Positions 61,353 to 64,000 of a stretch of 64,000 bases of DNA are shown piece by piece. The position numbers were made by a program, and so were the translations under genes. Source of the DNA: an uncultured Candidatus Saccharibacteria bacterium (lineage in GTDB: Bacteria; Patescibacteriota; Andersenbacteria; UBA10190); the NCBI GenBank assembly GCA_964372635.1, contig CAYJQW010000001.1:4083-68082 (forward strand). The letters are read 5' to 3'. The notes beneath the pieces are model-generated. The model was not told the DNA's origin, did not search any database, and saw only the letters and a list, made by a program, of their open reading frames with translations. Position 1 is the stretch's first letter. Each line of letters begins with the position of its first letter.

Positions 61353-62435
61353 TTAGGATAAAGGTTCGACAAAAATTAACGAATCTAATTCAATCGCCCC
61401 CGCCGCTTCATAGGTCACAAATAGATCAGTGAGCCCGTGATAGCCAGCCGAACTATCAAAATCGTAAAATAAAAGACGGGTGGCGTGTTGAGGGTCCCAC
61501 AACGGTGTCGAGACAACTATCGTGCTTACAAGTTGACCGGCCCCAACTGTATTGTCCGGAATATTATCTGTTGGCAACGAGGTATCAAGTGGCGCTCCAT
61601 AACCAAACTTGACGGTGTCCGGGGAACCGGAAGAAACAGTATTACCGGGACTAACCACCACCAGATCAATACCTGTGGGAACATCAACACCAAAATCAAA
61701 TGGTTGTGGGGCGGTAAACGTCACTGTTGCCGCGCCTGTGTTCATCGGAAAACTGACACCATTCGGCAAACTCAACATATCGTCACGATTAGCAGTTGTG
61801 CCTGATGGGTCTTTTAACATCACGACATTAGATGCAACATAGGCCTTAACTGGCTGCGGTAGACGCAACCAATCGTAAAGTCTTGTCTTAAGAGAAACCT
61901 CACGATCGGAGCCTCGACTTTGCCAGGAAACCCGAGAGGTAATCTCGATAAATGCCGGAATTGTGACGGGATCAGCTGGATTCTGCTGCCGACAGTCTAC
62001 GGTTAAAAGACGTTTGTAAGGGGTTAGGGCATTACCGGCTTTTTTATGCGTGTAGTTGCCAAGATTATCTTGATACAACTGTGGATCAGGACTTTTGTCA
62101 TCAACAAAGATACGAACATGTAAATCACGATCAATTGTAATGGTGCGATTTTCAGCAAATGATGTTTCGCAAAGACCCGCAACCCAAGATACCTTAATTG
62201 GCGTAAACCAATTAGTATCACGGAGATTAGCAGCTAATTCTAAACCTTCGCGGGCTAGATTCAAGGCTATAAATTTTTCCCGAGCCAAGCCGCCAATTTG
62301 GCGACTTTGCGCCACTAGTTGAGATGTAGCCAGAGTTCCAACAGAAAGGATGAAGAGTGCAACCACGACTCCAATGAGTGATAATCCGCTGTGTAGCTTG
62401 CGAATTATTTTAGGGTTTTCGAGTGATGTAGCCAT
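61353..62435 (-). CDS. Large type IV pilin-like / minor pilin protein
   Basis: Start at MATSLENP. HSGLSLIGVVVALFIL prepilin-like hydrophobic segment. The ORF-track 5' extension overlaps the upstream gene. Confidence 0.5.
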   Translation of the reverse strand: MATSLENPKIIRKLHSGLSLIGVVVALFILSVGTLATSQLVAQSRQIGGLAREKFIALNLAREGLELAANLRDTNWFTPIKVSWVAGLCETSFAENRTITIDRDLHVRIFVDDKSPDPQLYQDNLGNYTHKKAGNALTPYKRLLTVDCRQQNPADPVTIPAFIEITSRVSWQSRGSDREVSLKTRLYDWLRLPQPVKAYVASNVVMLKDPSGTTANRDDMLSLPNGVSFPMNTGAATVTFTAPQPFDFGVDVPTGIDLVVVSPGNTVSSGSPDTVKFGYGAPLDTSLPTDNIPDNTVGAGQLVSTIVVSTPLWDPQHATRLLFYDFDSSAGYHGLTDLFVTYEAAGAIELDSLIFVEPLS

Positions 62436-63015
62436 AGGGGTGGATGAGTAATGTGATCTCTGATCGACCAGCCCGCAATTTGATTTCGGCGGGGTTATCA
62501 GGACTCTGTAGAAGTTGACCGTTATGATATATCTCAATGACCGGTGGAGAACCACGCCATAAAATATTGTGTTGTCCGGATATTGCAGCTGCTCCCGGTA
62601 GTTTCTGGGCTGGCGCAGCAAACTCACCACTATCATATTCTAGATTGCCGTTCGTATCGGAGAATATCTTGAGAAACTTATCGGTCGCGTAAACTCCTAC
62701 ATCTGAGCAGCGACGGCGATCCTCAATGTTAACCGCGGGAAACCGATTGAGACACTCTTCTGGTCGCTCTTCATTGATTGCCCTCTTCTCGGCATCACGA
62801 ATTGTGGCCTGCAACTGCTGTTCAGCTAAGGTTAGAGTTTGAGCATCTCGACTTGATGGATAACCAACAAGCAAAACAGAAGTTATAATGCCAATAATCA
62901 CGACGACGAAAACAATTTCTAAAAGTGTGAAGCCTTGGACATGATTCCTGGTTGTCTTGTTCTTTAAGCGAACTCTCGTGATTTTATGTGAAGAAGAATA
63001 TAACCAAAAACTCAT
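62410..63015 (-). CDS. Type IV pilin / pseudopilin
   Basis: VQG|FTLLEIVFVVVIIGI. The leader peptide is unusually long at 26 aa. Confidence 0.65.
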   Translation of the reverse strand: MSFWLYSSSHKITRVRLKNKTTRNHVQGFTLLEIVFVVVIIGIITSVLLVGYPSSRDAQTLTLAEQQLQATIRDAEKRAINEERPEECLNRFPAVNIEDRRRCSDVGVYATDKFLKIFSDTNGNLEYDSGEFAAPAQKLPGAAAISGQHNILWRGSPPVIEIYHNGQLLQSPDNPAEIKLRAGRSEITLLIHPYGYITRKP

Positions 63016-63060
63016 AATTATATTGTACTTATAAGATTAGCTTCAGGCGATATTAAGCAA

Positions 63061-63867
63061 TCAATAAAAACGAAAATAGGTTGAAAATAAATAAAAAGGC
63101 AGATCAGGCATGACTAAGACTAGGATCGCCGCACCGCTTAAGAATGGGCCAAAGGGTAGTGGTGTTTTAAGTGACGCCTGCTGGCGCGCCAGGAGGTATA
63201 AACCAAATATACCCCCAACAGTGAAAGCTATAAATAAAACGGTGATTGTTCCTTGCACGGCAAAGAGTGCCCCCAGTGGTATAAGTAATTTAACGTCACC
63301 AAGACCAATGCCGCGACCACGTGTCACGATCCAAAGAAACAGCAAAAAACCCGCACCAATAGAAATTCCTTGAAGTGATGACATTAGTCTTTCTAGATAG
63401 GAACCGTGGATTTGAGATAGCTCAACAGCCAGCTCAATCATGACCAGCCATAAAAGAATGACCACAAACCGATCAGGTAAAATAAATGTTCGTAAATCAA
63501 TAATAAAAAGAATGATTAAAATTGCGGCTATGCCCATTTTTGCCGCAATGCTTATCAAATCTAGCGTCGTTGTTGGCAGCGGCCAAAATAATAACATCGT
63601 TAACAAACCCATACTCAACTCAACTAACGGATATTGCACGGAAATTGGTGCTTGGCAATGCCAACAACGACCATGTAAGAATACAAAGGACAGCAACGGT
63701 ATTAGTTGCCACCAGCGCAAGGCTAGGCCGCATTTGGGACATTTAGAGCGGCCTGTAGGACGCTGACTGACGATGTGTCTTAGGGCGACGACGTTGCTAA
63801 AACTACCAACAATTGTACCAAGTATAAACGAAAAGATCGGAAAATAATTCACGTCGAAGATTATCAA
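63061..63867 (-). CDS. pilD: Prepilin peptidase (A24 family)
   Basis: N-terminal CPKC ... CWHC zinc motif, then multi-TM aspartic peptidase core. Confidence 0.75.
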   Translation of the reverse strand: MIIFDVNYFPIFSFILGTIVGSFSNVVALRHIVSQRPTGRSKCPKCGLALRWWQLIPLLSFVFLHGRCWHCQAPISVQYPLVELSMGLLTMLLFWPLPTTTLDLISIAAKMGIAAILIILFIIDLRTFILPDRFVVILLWLVMIELAVELSQIHGSYLERLMSSLQGISIGAGFLLFLWIVTRGRGIGLGDVKLLIPLGALFAVQGTITVLFIAFTVGGIFGLYLLARQQASLKTPLPFGPFLSGAAILVLVMPDLPFYLFSTYFRFY

Positions 63868-64000
63868 AATATCTCAAGAAAAACAGAGCGGTTTTAAATT
63901 AATCCTAGGGCCCGCAACGCAGGGCCGGACCGTTATCTGCCTGCACAACGCATGGATTCTCCAAGTTAGAAAAAACGCCCGTTGCATCAACGCAATAATA

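Overview
The window is a mosaic. Positions 1 to about 11,450 form a high-GC (~60%) island. Its first ~1.5 kb is ORF-poor and non-coding-looking, with a near-consensus sigma70-like promoter, several hairpins and three short repeat families. After that a tightly packed operon lies mostly on the + strand. It encodes unknown proteins, a two-domain P-loop NTPase, a small protein, a MoxR-like AAA+ ATPase, a von Willebrand factor A (VWA) protein with an intact MIDAS metal-binding motif (DGSGSM) and coiled coil, and a 530-aa protein with a TRAM-like domain and a zinc ribbon. One 19-22-nt motif (YCGCRTAAAGCTAYGG) recurs five times in intergenic positions of the island. No integrase, transposase, CRISPR array or rRNA is visible. 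The rest of the window (~11.5 to 64 kb) is a lower-GC (~30-50%) core chromosome. It looks like a small-genome, Patescibacteria/CPR-like bacterium, but that assignment is inferred only. It carries rpsB-tsf, rpmE, prfA-NUDIX-prmC, rplY, a SEDS protein, dnaE, thrS, miaA, gatB, dcd, dut, two tandem thymidylate-kinase paralogs, rplA-rplK-nusG-secE, gyrB, pheST, three tRNAs (Asp plus two CAT-anticodon Met types), gpmI, gatCA, ligA, and a type IV pilin / prepilin-peptidase cluster. The strongest candidate for an undescribed system is the MoxR-VWA operon with its flanking unknown genes and repeat-rich leader.
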